Shown here: piece after piece, positions 20,788 through 35,700 of the stretch
Position numbering within the stretch: the stretch's first letter is position 1
Layout of the letters: each line of letters starts with the position of its first letter
Source: Mantamonas sphyraenae STR306
Lineage: Eukaryota; Protista; CRuMs
Direction of reading: 5' to 3'
Length of the DNA: 64,000 nt
NCBI GenBank assembly: GCA_026936335.1
Contig: JAPMXV010000044.1
Span: 501,289-565,288, forward strand
Program-made: the position numbers and the translations under genes
Notes under the pieces: model-generated
Seen by the model: only the letters and a program-made list of their open reading frames with translations
Databases searched by the model: none
What the model was told of the DNA's origin: nothing

Positions 20788-23700
20788 ATGCTACGTGCAC
20801 GTGTTCCGGGCGTCTACGCTTTGATTCTTCTCTGCGTTTGCACATTTCTCAGTTCGCCAGCCTCTGCGGCCATCGCAGACTGCCAGGGTAAGCATTGGTG
20901 CACTTTGCCTCACTCGCTGTTTGCCACGCTCTCCTCTCCACCTCTCTCCGTGGCCATCACGCCACTGCGCTGCCCTCTGAGCCCCCCAGTTTGCCTCCCA
21001 CCCAGTTTTCCTTTGGAGCCTGGACCTTTTCCGCATCGGGTGAGTTCCAGCCCGCGTGTTTATCCGGCCCCTCACACCCTGTCTCCACAGCTGGCCAAAC
21101 CAGTTTCACATTCACAGGCAGTGCTTGGATGTGCAGTGAAGATGTCAACACTGCCGGCTCGGCCGTCTCCCAGTGGAACGACGTCACGGGCCGTGGAAAC
21201 GACGCTTCTGCGAGCGGCAACGCGCGTCCCACCCTTGAGAACAACATCGAGTACAACGAGCGCTTCCGTGACGGCATCAAGTTTGACGGTGTCAACGACT
21301 GCTTTGAAATCACCAAAGATCCCAACGACGACTTTAACGACGATTTCAACCCATACACAGCAAAGACGGTGGTCATTGCCTTCAAGACGGGCGGCGACCC
21401 GGCGGCCCGCCAGGTTCTTTTTGAACAGGGCGGCGGTACGCGAGGCTTCATCGTCTATATCCTTGCTAACCGTCTTTGGGTCTCTGCGTACAACCTCGAC
21501 AACGCCCAAGTGTACTGGGGCGTCAGCTATGTCCAGGACGACCTGTACGCAAACCAGACGAAATACTTTGGCCTGTACCCAAATCAGTACAACCACCTCA
21601 CCGTGTGGTACAAGGCCCAAGGCGCCGACGCAGGCCTCGAGCTCTATGTCAACGGCGTCTTCATGGGCAAGAACACAAATGTGGAGCGCCTTTGGACTCA
21701 CTCTGGCGACGTCCGCCTTGGATGCTCCGACACAGGCATGCGCTACCACGACGGTAACGGCCACAATGGCTACTTCGGGGGGCATCTCGCAGAGTTTATG
21801 TACTGGAACAACGTCGCTCTGGACAACACCACCTCGCTCCCTTACGTCTGGACCTTCCTCGACCAGAAATACGGGCCTCACAATTACACCGATGCAGACC
21901 GTCAGTTAGCCGCCCGTTTTTTTTTTCCACGACTCCGGACGCCCTTTCCCCACATCCCCGCACTCCCCGCGTTCTCCTCCTGCCCTGAGTCCAACGAACT
22001 GCACCGTGCACTCTGCGCATGCCATCCTGCCCTCGCTGCTGCTGGATGCACCGGCCAGCGTCACCGTATGAGGCATACCTCAGGTTGGCCTGCGCGGCCG
22101 CCGTTTCAGCGTTTTGGCACCTCGGCTGACACGCACCGCAAAACCACCTCCCGGGTCCCTTCTGCACTCTTCACACAGGTTGCCCCGGGTTCCCCGTAAA
22201 CCCATGTAGCGGCCCCACGCACGGCACGTGCTTGCAAAACGCAAACGGCACGCGATACTGCCAGTGCGAGGCAGAATGGATCGGAACCGCCTGCGAGCTT
22301 TACAACGGCGAGCGCAACTTTTGCTACGAAGTCCTGTGGGACCTGGCCAACCCCAACGGGCCCCGCCAGCGCAATTTCAAACCCGTCACTCACTTTCCGG
22401 CCGGCCATCCCGCCGTGTCCAACTGTGGGGGCATTCCGCCCGACGTCAACGGCAACTTCCGCATCCCCAGCACAGGCTTCCACCCCGACGGCTGTGTGCC
22501 CAACACTCCCGGCGCAGCCATCTTTTATTCCTACGACTACCCGGCCTCGTTTTCCGAAAACACAGGCCTCGCCACCGCAGAGTATGCCAACCTCATCATC
22601 ACCGTGGACGAAACTTACAACAGCTCCGTGTTGTGGATCCTCGACAAGAACGGCAATTCCGACGGTGGCCGCGTCGAGGTCTTTCTGGACTCCAAGGTCG
22701 TCGGTGGAACCGGTGTCCAGGTGCTCACCAAAGATGACCCGGCCGCAGACAACACCGTTTCCTGCGTCGGTGCAGGCAACGATTGCTACTTCTGGAACAC
22801 AAACACGGGTGTCGGTGACTTTTACTTCCGTTGGGCATCCTGCTGTTCCGATGGTGTTGCTCTTGGCACCATGCCGCGCGAAGTCGACATGAACTACCGC
22901 ATGAACGTCATTGCGGGCCTCACCAACTTCCGCATGGCCGAGTTTGACGAGTCCTCCGGTCAGGTGACCTTCTTTGACATCCCGCTCAGCGAGGCTGCAA
23001 AGGGCATCCGCATCAAGGACCGCACTTGCGAAGCGCAAACCAGCGCCTATTGCGGTCAGTACAAATTCTGCGGCGACTGCACGGCCGACCCGCTGTGTGG
23101 TTGGTGCAACGAAGACCTGCGTTGCCTTGGCAAGGACTTTGCCTCCCTTTGCGTCGGCTCCAAGTTTCCTGTGCCCTTCAGCCTTGAGTGCTGCGGTCAG
23201 TGCAGCGACCTGTGCAACTGTGGCGATTGTGTCGCACGCGAGGGATGTGGCTGGTGCCACGACACGGGCAAATGTCTGTCCGGCTCTCAAGACAAGCCCT
23301 GCACAAACTGCACCTACTTTGCCACGGACAACTGCGAGACCTGCGGCGGCCCGCTCGACGAGAACCAGCAGCCCGTCGCCTTTGTCGGCGTCAACAACCT
23401 CAAGCACATCAGCTACTGTTCCAACAACGGCACCTGTGACTTTGCTGGCACTCGTAAGTGCACATGCATCCCCACCAAGTGGGGCGACGGTTGCCAGAAC
23501 GAGTGCAAGGCCCAGGTCGACGTTGGCGGAGGCGTCATCAAGCCCTGCTCGGGCCACGGTTCCTGCGTCCAGGACGACGGCTCCTGTCGCTGCGACTGTG
23601 GCTGGATTGGTGACACGTGCAACGTCACTGCTCCGGCCCCGTGTGGTTTGGACACAAACAACGACTGCGTCACAGGCCTCACCGACGGCTCCTGCAACAT

Positions 23701-26700
23701 CACGTGCGGCAAGTGCCCTGGCGGAGGTGTCAACTGCCAGCCCACAGGCTACCTCGCCTACAACGGCACCAGCAACAGCACAGAGTGCCGCTGCGTCGAG
23801 GGCTGGCGTGGTCCGTACTGCAACATTTCGTGCCCGGGCATTGACCCGCTCACGGGCGCCGGCACAGCCTGCAACGGCAACGGCACATGCAACGCACTCG
23901 GACAGTGCGAGTGCACACAGTGTTATGAGAACGCAGCAGGGCCCTACAGCACCTGCGTGGAGAAAGGCTGTCCCGCCGGTTGCCCGTCCTCGCAACTGGG
24001 TCAGTGCCATTGCGGCACCTGCTCGTGCCCAGGCCAGTGGAGCGGAGACGATTGTACAACATGTCTCTGTCAGAACGGCGCCATTTGCCACAGCATTCAC
24101 GGTGAATGCGAAGACCCGTCCAACGGCAACCCGTGTCTGCCAGGGTTTGCTGGCCTCAAGTGCGAGTACAACTGCTCCCGCGACGGCTTTTGCAACGGCC
24201 ACGGTGAGTGCAACCCAGAGAGTCTGTCTTGCACGTGTGACGAAGGCTGGGTCGGCCCCATCACAAGCCAGTGCAGCCTGGCGTGCAACGCAACCGTAAA
24301 CTGCAGCGGCAACGGCCAGTGCCTGGAGGACGCCTCTTGCTTCTGCAACTTTGGATTCGTCGGCAAGCGCTGCGAGACTCAGTGTGTCAAGGACATCGAC
24401 GACTGCAACTGCTACCCGCAGCTCAGCAACGTCTACGTGAGCACCAGCGAGGACGTCGTCACGCCCCTTGTTGTGGACATCACCTCGGCCGCCTTTGACG
24501 CAGACTCGGCTATCAATTGGTTGGCCTTCGACCTCACCTCTTTGCCCGCCAACGGCACGGTCACGTTTATCGACCGCCCGTCCGGTCGCTTCGGATACCA
24601 GCCCAACCCGAACTACTTTGGCAACGACACGGTGGGCATCAAGATTTGCGATGTCGAGGGCTTGTGTGCGTCGGCAACCGTTCAGATCCTCGTCGAGTCT
24701 GTGAACGATCCTCCCGTCGCCCTCATCGAGTCCTTTGAGGCCGAGGCTGATGTGTGGAGCTACAGCAAGATGAACGCAACCGACATCGAGGGCGACTCGC
24801 TGACGTACTACATTCAAACTCCGCCCGCCCTCGGTGTGGTGGAGATCCTCAACAACAAGACTGGCGAGTTTCGGTACAAGCCCTACCCGCTGGTGAACGG
24901 CACCGACTCGTTTACGTTTTACGTCATTGACGACGGCGTGCCGCCCGAGCGATCAAACAACGGCAGCGTGTTCACTCTCATCAACGTGGTCAACCAGGGC
25001 CCCACCGCTCAGAACATGTCTTTTGTGACTGCAGAGGACACCCCTTTGCTCGGTGCCCTGCTTGCCTCGGACCCAGAGTCGCATCCGCTCTTCTTTGAAA
25101 TCGTCAGCCAGGGCTCGCTGGGCACGGTCAGCATCCTCAACGTGGCCAACGGCGCCTTCCAGTACGCACCGGACGCCAACGCGTTTGGCACGGATGTGTT
25201 TGCCTACCGCGTGCGCGATGTCTTTTCCGCGTACAGCAACGTCAGCTACGTCACCATGACCATCACGCCCGTCAACGACCTGCCCGTTGTGCTTGGCAAC
25301 AGCACGTTTGTCACGCGTGAGGACACAGAGTACATGGGTGTGCTTAACGCCACGGACGTGGAGACTCCCTTGGCCCTGCAGTTCAACGTGACCAAGCAGG
25401 GTGTGCTTGGCACGGTGCAGTTCCTGAACAGCACAGGCGGCCTCTACCGCTACACTCCCTTCCTCAACGTGCACGGCGTCGACCGCTTCGAGTTTGAAGT
25501 CATCGACCCGGCCTCCGGGCGCTCGGTCGAGCACGCCTTTGTCAACGTGACCATCCTGGCCGTAAACGACGCCCCCGTGCTGACCACGGCCGTCGCGTCT
25601 TTGTCTGCCGTCAGTGAGGACGCAGACCTGACCCTTGCCGCCGTCAGCGTGAGCGACGTGGACGTCGACGCGCAGGACCTTCGTGTAAACGTCAGCGCAG
25701 GCGTCCTGGGCAACGTGTGGCTTTCCAGCACCGCCGGCGTGACGCTGTCTGTGGGCAGTGGATCCAACGACCGTGAAACCGTCTTCCAAGGCAACCTGAC
25801 GTCTGTCAACGCAGCCTTGGCTCAGATTGTGTTTCGCGCACCGCTGCACGCTTCCGGCAGCACGGAGGTGTGCGTACAGGTGGAAGACCTCGGCCATTCG
25901 GGCTTGATGCCGCTCAGCGCGACGTCCGCCTCGCTGTCAGACGTCGTGTGCACCACCATCACCGTGGGCGCGGTCAACGACGGCCCCAGCGTCACCATGG
26001 GCAACGCCACCGCCGCTGTTTCTGAGGACACTCAATTGACCATTAGCGGCATGAGTGTGTCGGACATCGACGTCGACGTGAACACGCTGCGTGTGAACCT
26101 CACCGTGAGCCAGGGATCGCTGTGGCTGGCTGCAGGCACTGCCGGCCTCACCTTTACCACGGGTGACGGAATCGACGACGCGTTCATGGCTTTCAGCGGC
26201 AGCAGGACACAGGTCAACGCGGCGCTGAGCAAGGTGGTGTACCAGGGCGCGTTGCATTACTTTGGCAACGACACACTGGTGCTCGGAGTCGACGACGCAG
26301 GCAACGTGGGCACTGGCGGCGTGCTGAGCGCATCGGGCAGCCTTGAGCTCACGGTGGACAGTGTGAACGATGCCCCCGTGCTCAGCCCCATCAGCGCACA
26401 AACGGTGAACGAGGACACAGACTTGACGATCGGCGGCCTCAGCGCAAGCGATGTTGACGTGGCTGCCGCAAACTTGAGCTTGAGCCTGTCTGTGGACGTG
26501 GGTACGCTGTACGTCGCTGGAACTTCTGCCGTGTCGCCCATCGTTGGCAGCTTGACTGCCATCAATGCAGCGCTGGCAAGCGTGGTGTATCGTGCGCCCG
26601 TGCAGTTCAACGGTGTGGACACCCTTCGCTTGGTCGTGTCCGACTTGGGCAACGCGGGCTTCGGCGGAGTGCTCACCGACGCGGCCAACGTCTCCATCGT

Positions 26701-29700
26701 GGTGTACAGCATCAATGACGGCCCGCTGCTCACGGTACCCGGAGCACAGGCCACGTCTGAGGATGTGGCCCTGACAATTGCCAGCGGGTTTTCCATCACC
26801 GACGTGGACATCGGGGCGTCTCTGATGCGCCTGAATGTCAGCGTCGGCTCGGTTGGCACCGTGACGCTAGCCAACACCACGGGCTTGCTGTTTGTCACCG
26901 GCACGGGCTCCTTCGACACGGATGTGCGCATGCTCGGCACGCGTACCGCCCTGCAGAACGCCCTCAACGGCATCGTGTACACGCCGAACCTCAACGCCAA
27001 TGGCGCAGACACCATCTCACTGGTCGTGGACGACCAAGGCGCCACGGGCATCGGCGGTGTCCTCGTAGACGCCAAGGCCATCAACGTTACCGTGGACGCA
27101 GTCAACGACGCGCCCTCGTTTGGCGCCCCGGCTGCATACACCGTCACTGAAGACACGCCGCGTGACCTGTACGGCTGGGCGATTGTCGACGTGGACGCGA
27201 CGCAGGTGCGCGTCAACATGTCGCTGTCGCACGGCACGCTCACTCTCACGGCCGGTACAGGCGGCCTCACCTTTTTGGTCGGCGACGGCACGGAAGATCG
27301 CGTCATGAGCTTCATGGCGACGCCTTCGGTGGCCGGCAACGCTTTGTTTGGGGCACGCTATCAGCCGGACCTTGACTTTGTGGGCGTCGATGTGGCCGTC
27401 ATGACCGTGGACGACATGGGTCAAACTGGCGCCGGAGGCGTGCAGGTGACCGCTCGCAACGTAACCCTTACGGTGGAGGGAGTGAACGACGCGCCGCTGG
27501 TCGTTGTGCCGGGCACCCTGAGCGCCACCGAAGACGTAGACCTTACTTTGTTGGGTGTGTCTGTGACGGACATTGACGCCGGAGCATCGTCGATTGTCCA
27601 GGTCAACGTCAGCGTGGGTTTTGGCCAACTGACCTTGGCCACCACAGCTGGACTCACATTGGACGTGGGCTCTGGCGCAGGCGACTCGAGCGTGAGCATG
27701 CGCGGCAACATGTCTGCCATCAACGCAGCCCTCAACGGCGCGGTGTATCTCGCCACACAGGACTACAACGGCCAGGACAACCTGACTGTGTGGATGACCG
27801 ACTACGGCCACACAGGCACCGGTGGGGCACAGACTGCCATGCAGAGCACTGTCATCACTGTTGTGGGCCAGAACGACCCCGTGGTGTGGACATTGCCGTA
27901 CGTGTCGGTTGCCGTGGACGAAGACACGGATCTGACCATCGCTGGCATCAGTCTGAGCGACGTGGACGTGGCGGCCAACCCGCTTCTCGTCAACGTCAGC
28001 GTGGACACGGGTCGCTTCAGCCTGGCCTCCACCGCCGGGCTGACCTTTGAGGCAGGTATGAGTGGCACGGCAGCCAACCACACTCACGTGAGCGTGCGTG
28101 GAACCCTGACTGCCCTCAACGCAGCGCTGGCCACAGTATTCTACCGCGGCAACGTCAACTACGTGGGCGCTGCACAGCTGACTCTGTACGCAACCGACAT
28201 GGGCTCGGTGGGACTTGGCGGCGCGCGCAACGAGACGCGCAACGTCAGCATCTCCGTACAGGCTGTGAACGACGCACCCGTGCTGAGCGTGGCTCCAGTG
28301 AGCGTGTACACCGTGCTGGAAGAGGCTGCTCTGACCGTCACAGGCATCAGCGTCAGCGACGACGACGTGGCTGCAGGCCAGCTGGGCTTTGAGCTCAGCG
28401 CGAGCTATGGCACCCTGTCGCTGGGCGGCGTGGCCGGCCTTTCATTTTCGCTGGGCGACGGCGCGAACGACGCCGCCATGCACTTCAACGGCACGGTGAC
28501 TGCGTTCAACGTGGCCATGGGAGTGTCGGGCGTGCAGTACGTGGGCAATCTTCACTACTTTGGCCCCGACGTGCTGGTGGTGCGCGTCACAGATTACGGC
28601 CAGGTCGGGTCGGGAGGCGTGCTGAGCGACGTCAAGTTGATCAACGTCAGCGTCACAGCAGTCAACGATGCCCCTGTGTTGAGTGTACCTAGCGCTCAGA
28701 GCATCAACGAGGACACTCAATTGACGATTGCCGGCGTGAGCGTAACTGACGTGGACGTGGCCGCAAACAGCTTGCGCGTCAATGTCAGCGTGGCACACGG
28801 CACCGTGTGGCTGGCACAGACCACCGGACTGTCGTTTGCACAGGGAGATGGCGTGGCAGATGCCACCATGCAGTTTGCAGGCACGCTGACCGACGTCAAC
28901 TCCGCCGTTGCAAGCATCGTCTACCTGGCCAACGTCAACTTTGAGGGCGCCGACGTGCTCGTTGTCTCGGTGGATGACCAAGGCTTTGTTGGAGCTGCCG
29001 GGAACGTGCTGTCGGACAACAAGACAGTGAACATTGCCGTGCAGGCCATCAATGACGCGCCTGTGATCGCTGCCCCTGCTGCCATTACGGCGACCGAGGA
29101 TGTGCAATTCACTCTCAGTGGCGTTAGCGTGACGGACGTGGATGTGGCTGCTCAGGAGCTGCTCTTCAACGTCAGTGCAACTGCAGGCACGCTGTGGCTG
29201 GCACAGACAACTGGGCTCACGTTGCACGTCGGGTCTGGTGCAAACGACGGGGCCATCCACATGCAGGGCACGCTGACGGACGTCAACGCAGCGCTTGCTG
29301 GCCTCATCTACCAGACCAATCTGCACTACAACCTGGGCGACACGATCAGCATGTTTGTGGACGACCTGGGGCACTACGGCGCAGGTGGACGCTTGACAGA
29401 CACACACTCTGTCAGCGTGGCCATGGTGGCCATCAACGACAACCCGGTGGTCACTGTGCCATCGTCGCAGTCTGTGAGTGAGGACACCGACCTGACCATC
29501 GGCGGCATCAGTGTGAGCGATGTGGATCAGGCCGGAGGCACCATGCGTGTCCGGCTCGAGGTCACAGAGGGCATCCTCACTCTTAGCACGACCACTGGCT
29601 TGACATTCAACACGGGCGACGGCTTCCTGGAACCGACCATGGAGTTTACCGGAGACCTGACCACCATCAACACCGCCTTGAACAACATCGTGTACCGCGG

Positions 29701-32700
29701 CGACATCAACTACTTTGGCGAAGACCGAGTCAAAGTCACGGTGGACGATCAAGGGAACGTGGGCGCAGGCGGGTTTGTGCCCACTGTGGAACACATCAAC
29801 GTCACGGTCACACCCGTGAACGACCCGCCTGCGTTTGGCGTCCCGGGCACACAAAACGTGGACGAGGACACCGAGCTGACCATCTATCTGCTTGGCTTTC
29901 TGGTCACCGACGTGGATGTATTTGATCGCCCCATGATGATCAACCTCAGCTGCAGCAGCTGTGTGATGAACCTGACCACCACGGAGGGACTGACGTTCCT
30001 CAAGGGCGACGGCCTCCTGGACACCGAGCTGTCCTTCCTGGCCAACCGCACATCGGCCAACGCCGCCATGTACACCGTCATTTACCAAGGCTTGCCCGAC
30101 TTTGCCGGCAGTGATGCCGTCGAGGCATGGGTTAGCGACGATGGATGGTTCGGCGAGGGAGGCGTCCTCTCGGGTACGGACCGAGTGCCCATTGTGGTGA
30201 ATCCGGTCAACGACGAGGTGGTCATCACGCTGCCGCCAGCGGCCATGGCCAGCGAAGACGTCGACTACTCCATATCGGGACTCACGATCACAGACGTGGA
30301 CATTGCAAACGGCACGTTCAGCGTCAACCTGACCGTCACAAACGGTTTGCTAACGCTCGCCAGCACCGAGGGACTCGTGTTTGCTGAAGGCGACGGCGTC
30401 AGCGATCGCATCATGCGCTTCGATGGCAACGAAACGAACGTCAACCGTGCACTGGCCAACATGACCTATCTCGGCGACCTGAACTGGTACGGCACGGACA
30501 TGTTGCTCGTGGAGGCGACCGACAACGAGCCGAACAACGCGACGTCGACGTACAAGAACTATGTGATCAACGTGCTGCCGGTGAACGACCCGCCGGCAAT
30601 CACGGTGCCATCTCCAAAGTACTTTGAAGTGAGCGAAGACACAGACCTGACTCTGAGCGGCTTCAACGTGACAGACCTGGACGCGTTTGGAGGCGACCTG
30701 TTCTTCAACGTGAGCGTCAACAACGGAATGTTCTCACTGGCAACCACGAGTGGACTGGCCTTCCAATTTGGCGACGGCACACAGGACCGCGAGATGCGCT
30801 TCACATGTACGATGACCACGTTCCGCGCGGTCACGGCAACGCTGGTGTACCGCGGGAATTTGCACTACAACGGATTGGATACGATGACAGTGACTGTGAA
30901 CGACCAGGGCGAGAGTGGCAGCTTCGGCCTGATGCCCCTCGAGGATGTCGACAGCCTAGTGATCAACGTGACGGCTGTGAACGACGTGCCTACGTGGACG
31001 GTGCCCGGTGTGCAGAACGTGGACGAAGACGTGGAACTGACGCTGCTGGGAATCGTGCTGTCGGATGTCGACTCGGCAACAGACTCGTTGTACGTGGAGC
31101 TCAGCGTCAAGAACGGCACGTACGCGCTCAACGCGACCACAGGCCTGACTTTTAGCCTGGGCAGTGGCACAGGAGATCGCAGGAGCGTGTTTACGGGTCG
31201 CGTGACCGACGCAGCGGCGGCGTTGGCGGAAGTGCGCTACACAGGCGACTTTGAGTTTAGCGGCGTGGACGCACTGTCTCTGTTTGTGTCGGACCAGGGC
31301 TACAACGGCTTTGGAGGCACGCTGACAGCCAACAACAGCGTGCAGATCAACGTCAACATTGTCAACGATGCACCTGACGTGTGGGTGCCTGGTGCTCAGA
31401 GCGTGAGCGAGGACACCGATTTGACGCTGAACGGCATCAACGTGACGGACGTGGACGTGTTTGGCGACACCATGCGCGCCAACCTGAGCGTCGCATCTGG
31501 CCAGCTGACCATTGTGAACGCAGGTGGCGTCTCGTTTGTGGGTGGCACGAGCAACGGCGCAAGCAACGTGCGTGTGGCCGGAACTGTGACGCAGGTGAAC
31601 ACGGCGCTGGGCCAGGTCGTGTATCGCGGCAACCAGGACTTCTACGGATCAGACGCCGTAGTGTTGGTGGTGGACGACGGTGGATCCACAGGAGCCGGCG
31701 GCGTACGCGTGGTGACGCGACAGGTCAACGTGACTGTGGTGTCGATCAACGACGCCCCCGTGGTGACTGTGCTGTCCCCGGCCAGCGTGCTTGAAGACGT
31801 GGACCTGACCGTGGGCGTCACTGTGGCCGATGTCGACATCGACGCCGACGCAATGCACGTGAGTGCCAATGTCACGTCGGGCGTCTTGTCGCTGGCGAGC
31901 ACGACTGGTCTCACGTTCATCCGCGGCGACGGCGCGAGCGACGCATGGCTGGAGTTTACTGGCACGGTGACCGCGGTGAACTCGGCACTGGGTGTGATTG
32001 TTTACCGCGGCAACCAGGACTTTTACGGCGTGGACACACTGCGCCTGGATGTCGACGACCAAGGCTTCCGTGGCGCCGGTGGCGTGCTGTTGAACAGCCA
32101 GAGCGTGGCAATTACAGTGAACAGCGTCAACGATCAGCCCGTGATTGGCCTCGTGGGCGGCGTGACCGTTTCAGAAGACAACAGCCTGCTCATCAACGGA
32201 CTGAGCGTGACGGACGTGGACGTGCTTGGCGATCACCTGTGGCTGAACATGAGTGTGAGCCACGGCGTAATTTCGCTGTATGCAGGCGCCGGCGCTGCTG
32301 CATCGCAACAGCTGTTGGTCACCAATCTGACATCGATGAACGCAGCCATTCTGAGCGTTCGTTACACACCGGACACCAACTTTTACGGCAACGACGCGCT
32401 GGTGCTGCACCTCACGGACCAGGGCTACCGTGGCGCGGGTGGTGTGCAACAAGACATCCAGAGTGTTGCCATTACGGTGGTGGGTGAGAACGACGCACCC
32501 ACCCTTACAGTCGCGTCGACAGGCGTTTCCACGAACGAGGACACACCCGTGAATGTGGGCGCCATGAGCGTGAGCGACGTGGAAGCCGCGGCGCTGGGTT
32601 CCGCTTTGCGTGTCAACGTGAGCGTGAGCGAAGGCGCACTGAACCTCGCGTCCACCGCCGGCCTTACCTTTTCCCAGGGCGACGGCAGCGCAGACGCCTC

Positions 32701-35700
32701 CATGGTGTTCACAGGCGACGTGACGGCGGTCAACGCAGCACTGGCAGGCGTGGTGTACGCCCCCGCAGTGCATTTCAACGGAGCCGACCTCCTGCGTGTT
32801 TATGTGAGCGATCTGGGCGCAGCGGGCTCCGGAGGTGTCCTGGAAACCAACAAGAGCATAGCTCTGACGGTGGCGGCCATCAACGACGGTCCACAGACCA
32901 TCCTGGGAGGGGCCACTGTGGTGAACGAGGACGAGGTGCTGGTGCTTTCTGGTCTGTCTGTGACGGATGTGGACAGCGGCGTGTCTCCGCTGCAGCTGAA
33001 CCTGAGCGTGGTCCACGGCGAGCTGACGCTCAACTCCACTGTCGGCCTTGTGTTCACACAGGGTGACGGCGTGTCTGATGCGAGCATGGTGATCGAGGGC
33101 ACGGTGACGGCTCTGAGGACGGCTTTGGCCGAAGTGCGCTACGTTGCAAACCCGAACCACTTTGGCGGCGATGTCCTGACCATGAGCGTTTCCGACCAGG
33201 GGGCCTCGGGCGTAGGTGGCGTACTGACAAGCCAAGGTACACTGGCACTCACGGTAGTGAGTGTGAACGACGCGCCCGTGCTGAGCATCCCTGGCGGCCT
33301 GAACGTGACCGTGGATGAAGAGACGCCCGTGAATCTGGGAGTGGCCCTAGGCCTGTCTGTGAGTGACGTGGATGTGTTCAACGCACCCATGGGCCTGAAC
33401 ATGAGCGTGAGTTCGGGGCTGTTGTCAATGGCCACAGACAGTGGCGCCTTGTTCAAGGTTGGCTCCGCAAGTGGCAGCGCGCAGTTGTTGATCGAGGGTA
33501 ACCTGACACAGGTCAACTACTTGCTGAGCGGCCTGACGTACACGGGCAGCGCCTTGTACTCCGGCAGCGACTCGCTGTGGATTTCGGTGACGGACAACGC
33601 GGCCACGGGTGTCGGCACGCTTTTGTACGACAACGCCACCATTGCCATCACCGTGGTGGCCGTAAACGACGCCCCGGTGGTGTCTGGACCGGCCACGGCA
33701 TCGGGAGTGGAAGAGGCGGCGATTGCCGTCGGTGCCGTGAGTGTGGTTGACGTGGACGTGTTTGGCGCGCCGATGGAGGTCAACGTGTCGTGCAGCAATG
33801 GCAATGTGACGGTCGGTGACGCAGCATCGCGCAGCGCAGTGACTTTCCTTTTGGGCGACGGCGTGGACGATCGCGACATGCGCTTCCGAGGCACAATCAC
33901 AGAGGTAAACGCCGTACTGAGTGCGAGCGTGTACACGGCCAAGGTGCACTTTTCCGGCGTTGACAACCTCGTTTTCGCCGTGAGTGACCTTGGCGCAAGC
34001 GGTCGCGGAGGATCTCTGTCGGACACCCACGTGGTGGCCATCACAGTGCTCGAAGTGAACGACGGACCGTCTGTGAGTGCACCGAGCGCCGTAAGCGTGG
34101 ACGAAGACGTCGACGTGACCATTGGCGGCGTGAGCGTGAGCGACGTGGACGCAGGCAGTGGTGACGTGCGTGTCAACATCACGAGCAGCATTGGTCAGGT
34201 CTGGCTCTCACAGACAACCGGCTTGACCTTCAGCGTGGGCGACGGCGTGGCCGACGCGCAGGTGAAGATGCAAGGCAGCCTGGCGGCGGTAAACGCGGCG
34301 CTGAACAACCTTGTGTATCGCAGCCAGCTGCACCAGCACGGAGTGGACACGCTGAACATCACTGTGGATGACATCCTGGGACTGTCTGCCCAGGCGTCGG
34401 TTGTGGTGACTGTGGCGAGTGTGAACGACGCCCCTGTGTGGAGCGGGCCGAGCGCAGTCAGCGTGAGCGAAGACACGGACATTGTGCTGAGCGGAGTGAG
34501 CGTGAGCGACGTGGACGTGGGCACGGGTGCCCTCTACGTCAACGCGAGCGTCTGGTTCGGCACCGTGTCGCCATCCAGCGTTTCCGGAAACCTGACCGCC
34601 GTGAACGCAGCCCTGAGCGGTCTGACGTACCGAGGCAACATACACTTCACAGGCTCTGACGTGGTGCGACTGTTTGTCAGCGACGGGCTTCTGTGGAGCT
34701 GGAAGGACATTGCAGTGACTGTGGACCCCGTAAACGACGCACCGGTGGTGATCAGCAGCACAGCGTCTGCCGTGAGCGTGCAGGAGGAGGGCACGGTACT
34801 GATTGGCACGTTCAACGTGAGCGATGTGGACATCGGCGGGGGACAGCTGCAGGTGCGCGTCGAAGCGCTTGGCGGCACGGTAGAAGTGAACGGAACCACG
34901 GGTGCGACGGTGCTGCTCACGGGCACCCTGTCCGAGGTCAACGCAGCACTTGTTGGGGTGCGTTTCACGGGCGCGTTGGATTTCGACGGCACCGGATACG
35001 TGTTGGTGAACGTGACGGATGACGGCGGTCTGAAGGGATCCGCGAGCGTGGTCGTGAACGTGGTCGGTGTGAACGACGTACCGACGCTGGTTGTGCCCAG
35101 TGGACAAACGGTGGCGGAAGACACGGACCTGACAATTGCTGGCATCAGTGTGGGCGACGTGGACAGCGCACAGGTCTTTGTGCGCATCAACGTGACCACA
35201 GGCACGGTGAACGGAGCCACGGTGTACGAGGTGAACGGCACGGTGGCGAGCGTGAATGGTGCACTTGGTGCAGGTGTCGTTTTCCGTGGAGCCCTGCACT
35301 ACGTAGGCAGCGCCACGGTGGGCGTGTCTGTGAGCGACGGCGCACTGAGTACGTCTGCGTCGATTGTGGTGGTTGTGACCACCCAGAATGACGCACCTGT
35401 GATCACTGTGCCCGGCGGTCAGGTTGTCGCCGAAGACGTCGATCTGACCCTGAGCGGCGTGAGCATCAGCGATGTTGACGTGGGCAGCGGCCAGATGCGC
35501 GTGCGTGTGCGCGTCACACAAGGTATGGTGTGGCTGACCAACGCAACCGGCCTAACCTACCTGCAAGGTGACGGCGTCGCCGACGCCCTCGTGGAGGTGC
35601 AAGGCACGGTGACGAGCGTGAGCGCAGCTGTGAACGGCATGGTTTACCGCGGTGCACAGGACTGGTTCGGCAGCGACTCGGTAGAGATTCGTGCGGACGA

